Below are positions 49,044-57,362 of a DNA stretch of 64,000 nucleotides, piece by piece. Made by a program: the position numbers and the translations under genes. A model generated the notes under the pieces. The model saw only the letters and a program-made list of their open reading frames with translations, searched no databases and was not told where the DNA came from. The stretch lies in contig OZ242010.1 in NCBI GenBank assembly GCA_965204745.1, forward strand, positions 4,864,001-4,928,000. The letters are read 5' to 3'. Source of the stretch: Candidatus Latescibacterota bacterium. Lineage in GTDB: Bacteria > Latescibacterota > UBA2968. Each line of letters starts with the position of its first letter. Position 1 is the stretch's first letter.

Positions 49044-49274
49044 ATGAAAAAGAAACTCACAATCGCGATTGATGCAAAGGTCCACAATGAATTGCACAAG
49101 GTCATTGGGCGCGAAAATATCAGTCGTTTTATCGAGGATGCGATTCGCCTCCATGTGCTCAATCGCGATCTCGAAATGGGATATGCACAAATGGCGCGTG
49201 ACAAAGCCCGCGAAGCAGAAGCACTGGAGTGGTCGGAAGGGACATTGGGAGATGCGACAACTCGGTCTGATTGA
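49044..49274 (+). CDS. Small RHH-like antitoxin-type protein, orphan
   Basis: MKKKLTIAID..V...L...IG...ISRFIE...DLEMGYAQMARDKAREAEALEW; strong GAGGAGG SD. Confidence 0.7.
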   Translation: MKKKLTIAIDAKVHNELHKVIGRENISRFIEDAIRLHVLNRDLEMGYAQMARDKAREAEALEWSEGTLGDATTRSD

Positions 49275-49301
49275 TTAAGTGAAAACACAAGCCACAACAA
49301 C

Positions 49302-49345
49302 AAACCCGCTCGGTAGTCAATATACCGAGCGGGTTTTGTTTTTTT
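49302..49345. terminator. Bidirectional intrinsic terminator
   Basis: 14-bp stem AAACCCGCTCGGTA/TACCGAGCGGGTTT with T-tail, between convergent genes. Confidence 0.9.
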
Positions 49346-49360
49346 CAGGCGACGCATTTC

Positions 49361-50668
49361 TCAATCTGCATACGCGAGGGCGGGCATGGGCACGCGGTTG
49401 CGATAGGCTTGGAAGTCGGGCAGGTTGCCGTCGGGTTCGGTTGCGAGGGGGCGCAGGTCCGTGAGGATTTCGAGGTCGTCTCGGATGTCGGCTTGTGCCC
49501 AATAGGCTTCGGACGCCTCGACTTCGCCCAAGTTGAGCGTGTTGGGGATCCAGAGCACGCGGGCGTCTTCCGGGGCGATGAGGCCGATGGACTCCAGGGC
49601 GATATCCAGAACCTCGGCGTCGGTGTCGCAATGCAAGGGCACCGCGCCTGCGGAAACGTGTTGCCCGGTGATGACGTTGGTATAGGTGGCGTGGTAGTCG
49701 ATTTTATCCACGAGGCGGCGCGTGGTAAATTCGGCCATGCCTAGGCCCGTGGCATTGCCGTGCGTGGCTTCGGTGAGGTCGCGCACGAAAATCCGCAACA
49801 CGCGCGGGGTTTCATCGCCCATTGCGCGGCGGTCGTTGCGCTTGCGCCCGATGACGTTGGTGTCCATGCCCGCGCCGGAAATGTCTTTGCCCATTTCGTC
49901 GATGACGAGCAGGTCGATGTCGTCAAAGGGCAGGGACGGGCACCACACCTTGGATTGGGCTTGCAACACTTTTTCCCGCGCTTCAAAGTCCGCTACCGGG
50001 ATGGCTTCGATGAGCGCGGTTTCGTCATAGCCGTTTTCCAGGGTTGCCACGCCAAAGGCAATGGGCATTTCCCCGCTTATGACTCGACCGACCAAGCGCA
50101 CGATTTTGTCAAAGGAGTGGTGGATGATGGCGCGGTGGTACACGGACGCGCCTTTGTGCTTGCCTAGGCCAATGAGCATCATTTTCATCAGGCCGCTTTC
50201 GATTTCGCCGGCAAATCCCGTGTGCGGCTTGACGCGGTTGACCACGACAATGTGATCGGCTTCAGAGGCATAGCGGTCAAAGTAGATGGGCATGCCAAAA
50301 TCCGACACCCCGATTTGCACGACCGCCATCGACGATTTGATCGGGCAACCCATAGCGCGCTCGGTGATGCCATAGCCGGCCAAGACTCGGGTTTGGCCTT
50401 CGGCTGTGCCGCCGCCGTGCGATCCCATCGCGGGCACGATGTATGGGGCCGCGCCAATGGCCTGCATCTCTTCGACAATGGTTTTGATGATGGTGTCGAT
50501 GTTCGCCACGCCCCGGCTGCCCGCGGCTATGGCCACGGTTTGACCGGGTTTGATGGTGGCGCGAGGGTCAATTTTGGCGATTTCACCGCGCACGGCAGAC
50601 GCGATGTCGTCAATGCGCGGCGCGTCAAAGTGCTGGCGAATGCGGAACATATTTGGGTAAGTCGGCAT
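49361..50668 (-). CDS. Lactate-racemase (LarA N-terminal/DUF362-like) domain protein
   Basis: VAIAAGSRG, IVPAMGSHGG, NRVKPHT, ESGLMKM..IGLGK, GKDISGAGMDTNVIG; GGAGG SD. Confidence 0.8.
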   Translation of the reverse strand: MPTYPNMFRIRQHFDAPRIDDIASAVRGEIAKIDPRATIKPGQTVAIAAGSRGVANIDTIIKTIVEEMQAIGAAPYIVPAMGSHGGGTAEGQTRVLAGYGITERAMGCPIKSSMAVVQIGVSDFGMPIYFDRYASEADHIVVVNRVKPHTGFAGEIESGLMKMMLIGLGKHKGASVYHRAIIHHSFDKIVRLVGRVISGEMPIAFGVATLENGYDETALIEAIPVADFEAREKVLQAQSKVWCPSLPFDDIDLLVIDEMGKDISGAGMDTNVIGRKRNDRRAMGDETPRVLRIFVRDLTEATHGNATGLGMAEFTTRRLVDKIDYHATYTNVITGQHVSAGAVPLHCDTDAEVLDIALESIGLIAPEDARVLWIPNTLNLGEVEASEAYWAQADIRDDLEILTDLRPLATEPDGNLPDFQAYRNRVPMPALAYAD

Positions 50669-50680
50669 GGTTATCCTCCA

Positions 50681-51835
50681 TTATATGGATGCTTCGTACA
50701 GGGCGATCACGTCTTTGATCGCGGTCTTGCGCGGGTTGACTTGGATGTTGCCGCTTTTCATGGCGTCTTCGGCCATGACGCCGATGCCTTCGGCTTTGGC
50801 ACCGGCCTCGGTCAACGTGGCGGGAATGCCCACGTCGTCAGACAGGTTTTGCACGGCTTCGACCGCGAGCACGGATGCGTCAACCGCGCTTAAGCCAGCG
50901 ACCTCTTCGCCCATCGCAACGGCGATAGCCGCGAATTTTTCAGGGCAGGCATAGCGGTTGTACGCCATGATGCGCGTGAGCAAAATCGCATTGGCAACGC
51001 CGTGCGGCACGCCGTAATGCCCGCCTACCGGATGCGACATCGCATGGACATTGCCCAAGCGCGTTTGCGAAAACGCAAACCCGGCCATCGCGCTGGCCGC
51101 GAGCATGTTTTGCGTAGCTTCGTGGTTGTGGTCGCTGTACGCGGCTTGTCGCAGGTTTTGCGCGATGAGGCGAATCGCGTGCAGGGCCATGCCTTCGGAA
51201 ATGGGGTTGGACAGCAGGGAGACGTGGGATTCAATGGCGTGCGTGAGGGCGTCCATGCCGGTTGCCGCGGCAATGGGCAGGGGCAGTGCAACGGCCATGT
51301 CCGCGTCGAGAATGCCCACCTTCGGCATGACGTGCGGGCCTGGCACAGTGCCTTTGAAGTGGTTGTCGTCTGTGATCACCGCAAAGGGCGTGACTTCGCT
51401 GGCCGTGCCGTACGTGGTGGGCACGCACAAAAGAAAGGGTATGGGGCCGGGAACGGGTTTGCCCCCGATAAAATAATCCGTGATGTCGCCCCCGTGTGCG
51501 ACGAGCACGCCCGCGGTTTTTGCCACGTCCATTGACGAGCCCCCGCCAATGGCGAGCAGGAAATCGCAGTTCTCCACCCGGTATTGCGCCGCGCACGCCT
51601 CGACATTGCTAACCGGCGGATTGGGTTCAACGCCGTCGTAGATGCTGTACGCGATGCGCGCGTCGTCGAGCACCTGCGTGACGCGCGCCACGACGCCTGC
51701 CGCGACTAGGCCCTCATCCGTGACGATCTGCGCCTTTTGCACCCGCGCTTCACGCACGATTTGCGGAATCCCGCCCACTGTCCCGCGCCCCATGACGAGC
51801 CGCGTGGGGCCGTAATAACCAAAGTGATATGCCAC
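50681..51835 (-). CDS. Iron-containing alcohol dehydrogenase
   Basis: VEPNP, GGGSSMD.AK, PTTYGTASEVT, GMDALTHAIE, HAMSH, HGVAN; GTG start with AAGGAG SD. Confidence 0.93.
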   Translation of the reverse strand: MAYHFGYYGPTRLVMGRGTVGGIPQIVREARVQKAQIVTDEGLVAAGVVARVTQVLDDARIAYSIYDGVEPNPPVSNVEACAAQYRVENCDFLLAIGGGSSMDVAKTAGVLVAHGGDITDYFIGGKPVPGPIPFLLCVPTTYGTASEVTPFAVITDDNHFKGTVPGPHVMPKVGILDADMAVALPLPIAAATGMDALTHAIESHVSLLSNPISEGMALHAIRLIAQNLRQAAYSDHNHEATQNMLAASAMAGFAFSQTRLGNVHAMSHPVGGHYGVPHGVANAILLTRIMAYNRYACPEKFAAIAVAMGEEVAGLSAVDASVLAVEAVQNLSDDVGIPATLTEAGAKAEGIGVMAEDAMKSGNIQVNPRKTAIKDVIALYEASI

Positions 51836-51927
51836 GATAGAACTCCTTACGCGATTTAGTGGTCAGTAAGTACCTACTGCTGGCATGATGCCATGTGATG
51901 ACCGGTCTGTGTGGTTTCAGCATCTGG

Positions 51928-53517
51928 CTACTTCTTTTTTTCATAAAGTTTCATTCGATCTTCCACAATCGGATTGGTGTCGGTAAGTCGATAGAGAATG
52001 AAAACGGAATCGGCAAAGCAGGACTCAACGCGGCCCTGCTCTTTCCACTTTTTCAATTCTTCGCGCAAAGAGTGCCAGTGACGAGAGAAACCGAGAAACG
52101 CCAGATAGATTCTATCGGCATGCGAAGGCAAATTGTGTAACTCTTCAATACACTTCTCGTAATTTCCCCACACCCCACACCAGTTTCCGTAGTAGTAGTT
52201 TTCCCGTTTTTCGTAAAAAGTTATAGTAGGCCATGAGTCATTGGGAATATAAAGGATGTCGTCTGTTTGCACCTGTTCTTTTATCGCGGTGAGAAAGGGC
52301 TCGATTTTTGTGGGCTTCCGATATAAAACATTTCCGGCTGTGAATATATATGTATATGTATATATACCGATGACCGCAATCAACCACGTCCGTCGCATGA
52401 GTGAAGGCAGATTGATGGCTATGGAATGGAGCGCGTGACCGAACGCCACGAAAATGATAGGCGACAGGTACGTCAAGTGACGACCACCGCCGAAGGGATA
52501 GATGCACGACACAGCGGCGAATATTGCGATTGCGTATGAAAACGCGAACAAAAGCGGAATCGCACTGAAGCGAAATCCCTTGAAGACAGCGCGCAAAAGC
52601 GTTGTCCCCACTGCGACGAGAGATATTATTGCGACTGTTTCAGGCAAAAAATGAGTCAGGAAACGCCATGTTCGAGTGCATGCAAACTCGAGGATCGCAC
52701 CAACATCGCGGTAGCTTCCTCGGTAGTAATTGTGTCTCAAGTAACCCATGATCCTGTCCAGTTCATCCAAATGGATCCGCACGGTGACTACATAGCTTAT
52801 GGCACATGCCGCAAGGAAGAACGCGCCCGGCCAAACAAGGTCTTTACACAGTCCCTTATAGTTCGTTTGCAACCCGCCTTTCTCTTGCAATAAGCCAATC
52901 CGCTTGACTGCGGCAGTTGCTAGGACCGCGAAACAAAAAAGAACCAAGCCATACTGGAGTAGCGGGGCAATGAACAAGGATGTGCAAAGCAGTCCTTTCT
53001 TTTTATCTCGCAAATACGACAGCAGGCCGATTATCAGGAGTACGCCCACAAATGCGTCAACAGAATATACTTGCGCACCCCGAGCTTCCGATATAGCCCC
53101 AGGAGAAACAGCCGCCATAAGGCCAGATAAAAAGGCCACCATGCGGCTGACACCGACACGCGGCAACAACAGAAGCAGTGCCGCAACAGTGAGAACACCC
53201 GCAACCGCAGGCACGAGGCGAACACTCAGCGGCGAGCTTTCCACTTTCAGTACAGCGTACACAACAATGGGGTAAAGTATCGGTCTAATGTCGTGGCGAT
53301 TTGAGATGACTTCTAAAAACGTGCCGCTCGAAAAATGGGCTCTCACCGCTTCGTCATACCAAATATAGTCTTCCGGCAGTTTATAGAAGCGCAATAACGC
53401 GGCGACAATCACCAAAATTATGCAAACCACAGAGTACAAATTGCCTCCCATAACAAGGCGGTCGCCCCATTTGGCAAAGATCGCTTTCAACTCAGGCATT
53501 GATATTCTCCTGTTCAT
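51928..53517 (-). CDS. GT-C/GT39(PMT)-like polytopic membrane glycosyltransferase
   Basis: LLRFYKL....WYDE, SVRLVPAVAG, YPFGGGRHL; many TMs; AT-rich. Confidence 0.7.
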   Translation of the reverse strand: MNRRISMPELKAIFAKWGDRLVMGGNLYSVVCIILVIVAALLRFYKLPEDYIWYDEAVRAHFSSGTFLEVISNRHDIRPILYPIVVYAVLKVESSPLSVRLVPAVAGVLTVAALLLLLPRVGVSRMVAFLSGLMAAVSPGAISEARGAQVYSVDAFVGVLLIIGLLSYLRDKKKGLLCTSLFIAPLLQYGLVLFCFAVLATAAVKRIGLLQEKGGLQTNYKGLCKDLVWPGAFFLAACAISYVVTVRIHLDELDRIMGYLRHNYYRGSYRDVGAILEFACTRTWRFLTHFLPETVAIISLVAVGTTLLRAVFKGFRFSAIPLLFAFSYAIAIFAAVSCIYPFGGGRHLTYLSPIIFVAFGHALHSIAINLPSLMRRTWLIAVIGIYTYTYIFTAGNVLYRKPTKIEPFLTAIKEQVQTDDILYIPNDSWPTITFYEKRENYYYGNWCGVWGNYEKCIEELHNLPSHADRIYLAFLGFSRHWHSLREELKKWKEQGRVESCFADSVFILYRLTDTNPIVEDRMKLYEKKK

Positions 53518-53565
53518 CTGTGGGTTTGGCGGTCATTGCAGTATCTCATTTTGACCAAACAACAA

Positions 53566-54513
53566 TCAGAGCGATATTCGCGCAAAGTAGGGATAGTACT
53601 GATAAAATTCTTCATATTGCCTCAATTTCTTAAGATGTCCTGAATCTGAATTATCAATTCTATATCCCAAAGCGCGTGCAAGAGAGCGGCCCGTTTTCGC
53701 TTTTGTCGGTAGATACTTTTCAAGATGCAATCTTTCTTTGGCACTCAAGGTAGGGACGTCGATTTTACGAGGTGCCTTCCAGTCTAAGTTCCTAAATGCC
53801 CAATTTTTGAACCACTGTCGAACGTCCGATACTTGCTTCTTATTGCAAACCATACCCGTTAGGCTTAACATTTCGGTCTGGTCGTTGTAATGCGATGAAT
53901 CTAAAAGTTGAAAGACACTTTTACCTGATGCAGGAAGAGCTTGTTGTGACGCCATTTGGAACATGTCCTGCAATAATTCTACAAAAGGAGATGATCTCTC
54001 AATAGCTGTTTGTGGTACTGAGTCTGGCAATATTTGTTCGTATTCTAGTAGGAAATTTTCCCACGCAGAGAGTCCATTTGGGGGCGGTTCCGACAGTTCT
54101 GCTCGGACGGTAATTTTGACGACGCTATTTTCCGATACCTTTTCTAGAATGCTCCTGAACTCGTCGAAATGTCCAAGTCTCAGATTTGTATAATCAAGCC
54201 AAAAAATTTCCTTTCCATCACTTGAGAAGTCCGCGAGAAAACTAGCAAAATCTGTCCGTTTCAGGTCCAAATTCTTTGAGAACCGATGGAACTCTTGTCT
54301 TTTGAAAGTGTGCTCGTTTTTTTCAATAGAGACGATCTTGATTTCTGGACAACGATTGTGAATCAACCGACAATCTTCTAAAAAAGGCCCACCAAATCCA
54401 TAGTAGGTATAATCAGATATGTCACAATACCTTTCGAGTATGTCGATAATTTCGACCAGAAGAAACCTATCAATCGCTTTGTTCACTCTCAGGTGATAAG
54501 GAGGGTGTCTCAT
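53566..54513 (-). CDS. Putative SAM-methyltransferase-fold protein of unknown substrate
   Basis: PYHLRVNKAIDR, YYGFGGPFLED (motif I-like), VSIE (acidic end of beta2), IFWLDY, YNDQTEM; ATGA-coupled to the upstream ATPase. Confidence 0.6.
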   Translation of the reverse strand: MRHPPYHLRVNKAIDRFLLVEIIDILERYCDISDYTYYGFGGPFLEDCRLIHNRCPEIKIVSIEKNEHTFKRQEFHRFSKNLDLKRTDFASFLADFSSDGKEIFWLDYTNLRLGHFDEFRSILEKVSENSVVKITVRAELSEPPPNGLSAWENFLLEYEQILPDSVPQTAIERSSPFVELLQDMFQMASQQALPASGKSVFQLLDSSHYNDQTEMLSLTGMVCNKKQVSDVRQWFKNWAFRNLDWKAPRKIDVPTLSAKERLHLEKYLPTKAKTGRSLARALGYRIDNSDSGHLKKLRQYEEFYQYYPYFARISL

Positions 54514-55919
54514 TGCTGGGCCTCCCTCAACATCTGATCAAAGCATTCCTCGCCGACTTGAGACGGTCTAACTTTCTCGTCATCAAAAAGATACTCTTGG
54601 ACCATCTGAATGTCTTCTGCGTCTTTGGTATAGGATATTCGTTCCTTTGTCGACGGTTCCGGTTTGGGCAACGGGAGTTTCGGCTTGAATTGCTTCCCTC
54701 GCAACCCTGACTTAACGGCGTTTAGCCGTAAATTTTCAGACTCTGTTTTTATTTCATCTAAAGTATATGGTTTCCCTGAAGCTATGTGTTGTTGTGCTTC
54801 ATCCGCCTTTCTTTTCCACTTGTTCGTATAATTGGTAAATATAGCCATCCCTTCTCGCATCCTGTTTTTGACCTGTAGATAGAGGGACGAAGACGCATCT
54901 ATGCCCCTTTTGGTGGTCGTCGTGGGCAGTTTTGAGGCATCATTACTCCTAAACTCGACAATGCCAGCAATAGCAATAAACTGCGTGTGGTATCTCGGCA
55001 CACCGGCCTCGCCCCAGCCCGTAAGTTCTGTGCGATCACAGTATAAAACAGCGCGATCATTGCAAATTATGGTCCAACCCGCATCCAGTGAAGAATATCG
55101 CTTTTCCTCTTGCTCATCATTTACTTCCTCTTGAGAGGGTATGGGCCTCGTAAATCCCACAGTTAAGAAAACGCTAACGCCATCAATCTCTGTTTGATAA
55201 ATATATGGCCTGATTGCAGTATCCGTTCCTTTTTCATTGCTGGATTCAACAAAAACCAACTTGGCCGGTTTGGGGATAACCCGTTGCTTATTCACTTCAA
55301 CTTGGAATCCCTTATCGAGGATAAAAGCGTAATGCGTCCGAATTTTCTGGATTAATTCACGGGTAAAATTTTTCCGATCCTCACCAAAGAGTGTTCCAAT
55401 GCCCTCATTCAATTCACCGATGGCAATAGTCGTTCTATCTTCTGTCTCGCGTTGAGACGATTCAGATACAGGCAGACGCCAGTCATCCGGATCCGCTATC
55501 CATTCTGGCGTTATCTCAACATCATAACAGTCGCCTTTATTTTGGGTCGATATTAAGCAGTGTTTGCCAATCTTAAAAATGGCTCTTTTCATGCCTATGC
55601 CATAAACCCCGACTGTTGGCAAATTATCGTCTCTATTCTGGTCGTCTTTCCCCATTCGGAAAGCATAGTTGTGAAGGTCCCAGGGAATACCACCGCAGTT
55701 ATCCGAAATAGAAAATGAATTTTTGTCAAATGCGATTTCAGCCTTAAAACCCTCATAAGGTTTTTCACCCGAACGGGTTTTCTTTTCGCGCAAAATCCCA
55801 TCGACGCAGTTGTCCAGCAAATCCAGAATTGCATCGACCAATTCGATGTCTCTGGTCAACATTTCAACAAAAAACGATTTGACGGGCGTGGCATCAACCT
55901 TCCCGTACTTGTTTGCCAT
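54510..55919 (-). CDS. GHKL (MORC/HATPase-like) ATPase
   Basis: AILDLLDNCVDG (N box), ISDNCGGIP (G1), GVYGIGMKRA (G2), GWTIICNDR, LPTTTTKRG (S5-like domain); GGAGG SD. Confidence 0.85.
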   Translation of the reverse strand: MANKYGKVDATPVKSFFVEMLTRDIELVDAILDLLDNCVDGILREKKTRSGEKPYEGFKAEIAFDKNSFSISDNCGGIPWDLHNYAFRMGKDDQNRDDNLPTVGVYGIGMKRAIFKIGKHCLISTQNKGDCYDVEITPEWIADPDDWRLPVSESSQRETEDRTTIAIGELNEGIGTLFGEDRKNFTRELIQKIRTHYAFILDKGFQVEVNKQRVIPKPAKLVFVESSNEKGTDTAIRPYIYQTEIDGVSVFLTVGFTRPIPSQEEVNDEQEEKRYSSLDAGWTIICNDRAVLYCDRTELTGWGEAGVPRYHTQFIAIAGIVEFRSNDASKLPTTTTKRGIDASSSLYLQVKNRMREGMAIFTNYTNKWKRKADEAQQHIASGKPYTLDEIKTESENLRLNAVKSGLRGKQFKPKLPLPKPEPSTKERISYTKDAEDIQMVQEYLFDDEKVRPSQVGEECFDQMLREAQQ

Positions 55920-55931
55920 CTCGGGCCTCCT

Positions 55932-57050
55932 TTAGCATGCTTTTTTGACGACGCGCAAGATATGTTCTGCAAGAATGGGGCTGACGCTATTTCCTATTTG
56001 CCTGAAGCTGTGCCACTTTGTGGGGTGGAATTGAAACCAATCCGGAAAGCCTTGTAGCCTTGCCGCTTCTCGGGGGGTTATGACGCGGTTCTCCGTGGGA
56101 TGCAAGGGGCGAACCGCTTGATAACTGCCCTTGTCGCTACCGGTACCGGCCCTTAGCGTTCGGCAGAACCCATTGGATTCCAAGCGGTAGCTTTTTGAAA
56201 TCCGATCAACGCCTCCCGGCTCAATTTTAGCGTACCTGTCCGCCACTGCTTTGGTATGGCGCGTTCCGAGACATCCCGATACTTCGCTCTTTTCTTTTAA
56301 GCGTACAATTGCTTCTTTGTGCCCAACCCCATCGGGAATATTGCCGTACAAATTCCTCCCAAAAACGCCTTCCGTTGCTTTTTCTATCTTTCTCCATCCG
56401 TCCTCTTCCCGAAGCCAAAAGGGGTCTATCTTTTTTGGTAGCCCTTTCAAAGCGTCTTTCACATAGACGGGTTTCGCATTTTTGGGTACAAATTCCGTGG
56501 GGCGAATCGGGTTTATCTGGTCTGATAAGTATCCGAAAAAAAATACTCTTTCGCGCGTCGTGGGAACGCCGAATTGTTTGGCAATCAGTTTTATAGGTGG
56601 CAAAATTTCGTATTTACGCGCTACCTTAGAGAGGGCCTGTTCGACAATTTGAGCGTTCTTTTTGCTTAAAATTCCCGGTACATTCTCAGCGAGAAAGAAT
56701 TTTGGGGCCGCATCATTGACGATTTCAAAAAAGTGAATAAACAGTTGATTGCGCGGGTCATCTGTATCTCTATGACCGATATGGCTAAAGCCCTGGCAAG
56801 GAGGGCCGCCAATGATGCCATCAACCTCGCCTACTTTGAGGCCGAATGCTCGCACCAGTTCAGTTCCCGAGATGGTGGAGATGTCTTGCACCCAAAGCGG
56901 CGATTCTGGGAAGTTTTGCTCGTGGACTGAAACCGCCTGTGGATCGATCTCTACTGATCCCGCTAGATCGAATCCGGCCCGTTTCGCACCCAAGCCGAAC
57001 CCGCCAGCACCGCTGAATAGATCGATTATTTTTAAGCGTCTTTTCGTCAT
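55932..57050 (-). CDS. dcm: C5 DNA cytosine methyltransferase
   Basis: DLFSGAGG (I), GGPPCQGFS (IV), ENV (VI), TTRERVF (VIII), REAARLQGFPD (IX), RQIGNSV (X). Confidence 0.96.
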   Translation of the reverse strand: MTKRRLKIIDLFSGAGGFGLGAKRAGFDLAGSVEIDPQAVSVHEQNFPESPLWVQDISTISGTELVRAFGLKVGEVDGIIGGPPCQGFSHIGHRDTDDPRNQLFIHFFEIVNDAAPKFFLAENVPGILSKKNAQIVEQALSKVARKYEILPPIKLIAKQFGVPTTRERVFFFGYLSDQINPIRPTEFVPKNAKPVYVKDALKGLPKKIDPFWLREEDGWRKIEKATEGVFGRNLYGNIPDGVGHKEAIVRLKEKSEVSGCLGTRHTKAVADRYAKIEPGGVDRISKSYRLESNGFCRTLRAGTGSDKGSYQAVRPLHPTENRVITPREAARLQGFPDWFQFHPTKWHSFRQIGNSVSPILAEHILRVVKKAC

Positions 57051-57088
57051 CTCGGCTAACCCCGTTTGATAGAACGATTATCGGTTTT

Positions 57089-57286
57089 CTATGTACGATC
57101 TTTTGAAGATGTGCCAGACGACTTCCGCTCAACGGGAGTCTCCGTCATCCCAACGGAAATCTCCGCCATTTTTTTGATTTTTGCTTGCACCTCGGGATTG
57201 GCGAGCAATTCCTCTGCTTTGACATACACGCCACCCCTTGAGGTCACGTATATTTTAGGCCGTCTTTCTGGCGTGTTCTTGGCCAT
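57089..57286 (-). CDS. Small hypothetical protein (65 aa), paralogue A
   Basis: AGGAGG SD; MAKNTPERRPKIYVTSRGGVYVKAEELLANPEVQAKIKKMAEI... Confidence 0.75.
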   Translation of the reverse strand: MAKNTPERRPKIYVTSRGGVYVKAEELLANPEVQAKIKKMAEISVGMTETPVERKSSGTSSKDRT

Positions 57287-57362
57287 GGTGCATCCTCCTG
57301 ATAAATGCGGATTGAGGAGAGAGTTGGTTGATCGAGACAAAAAATGGTTTTTGATCGGCTTG

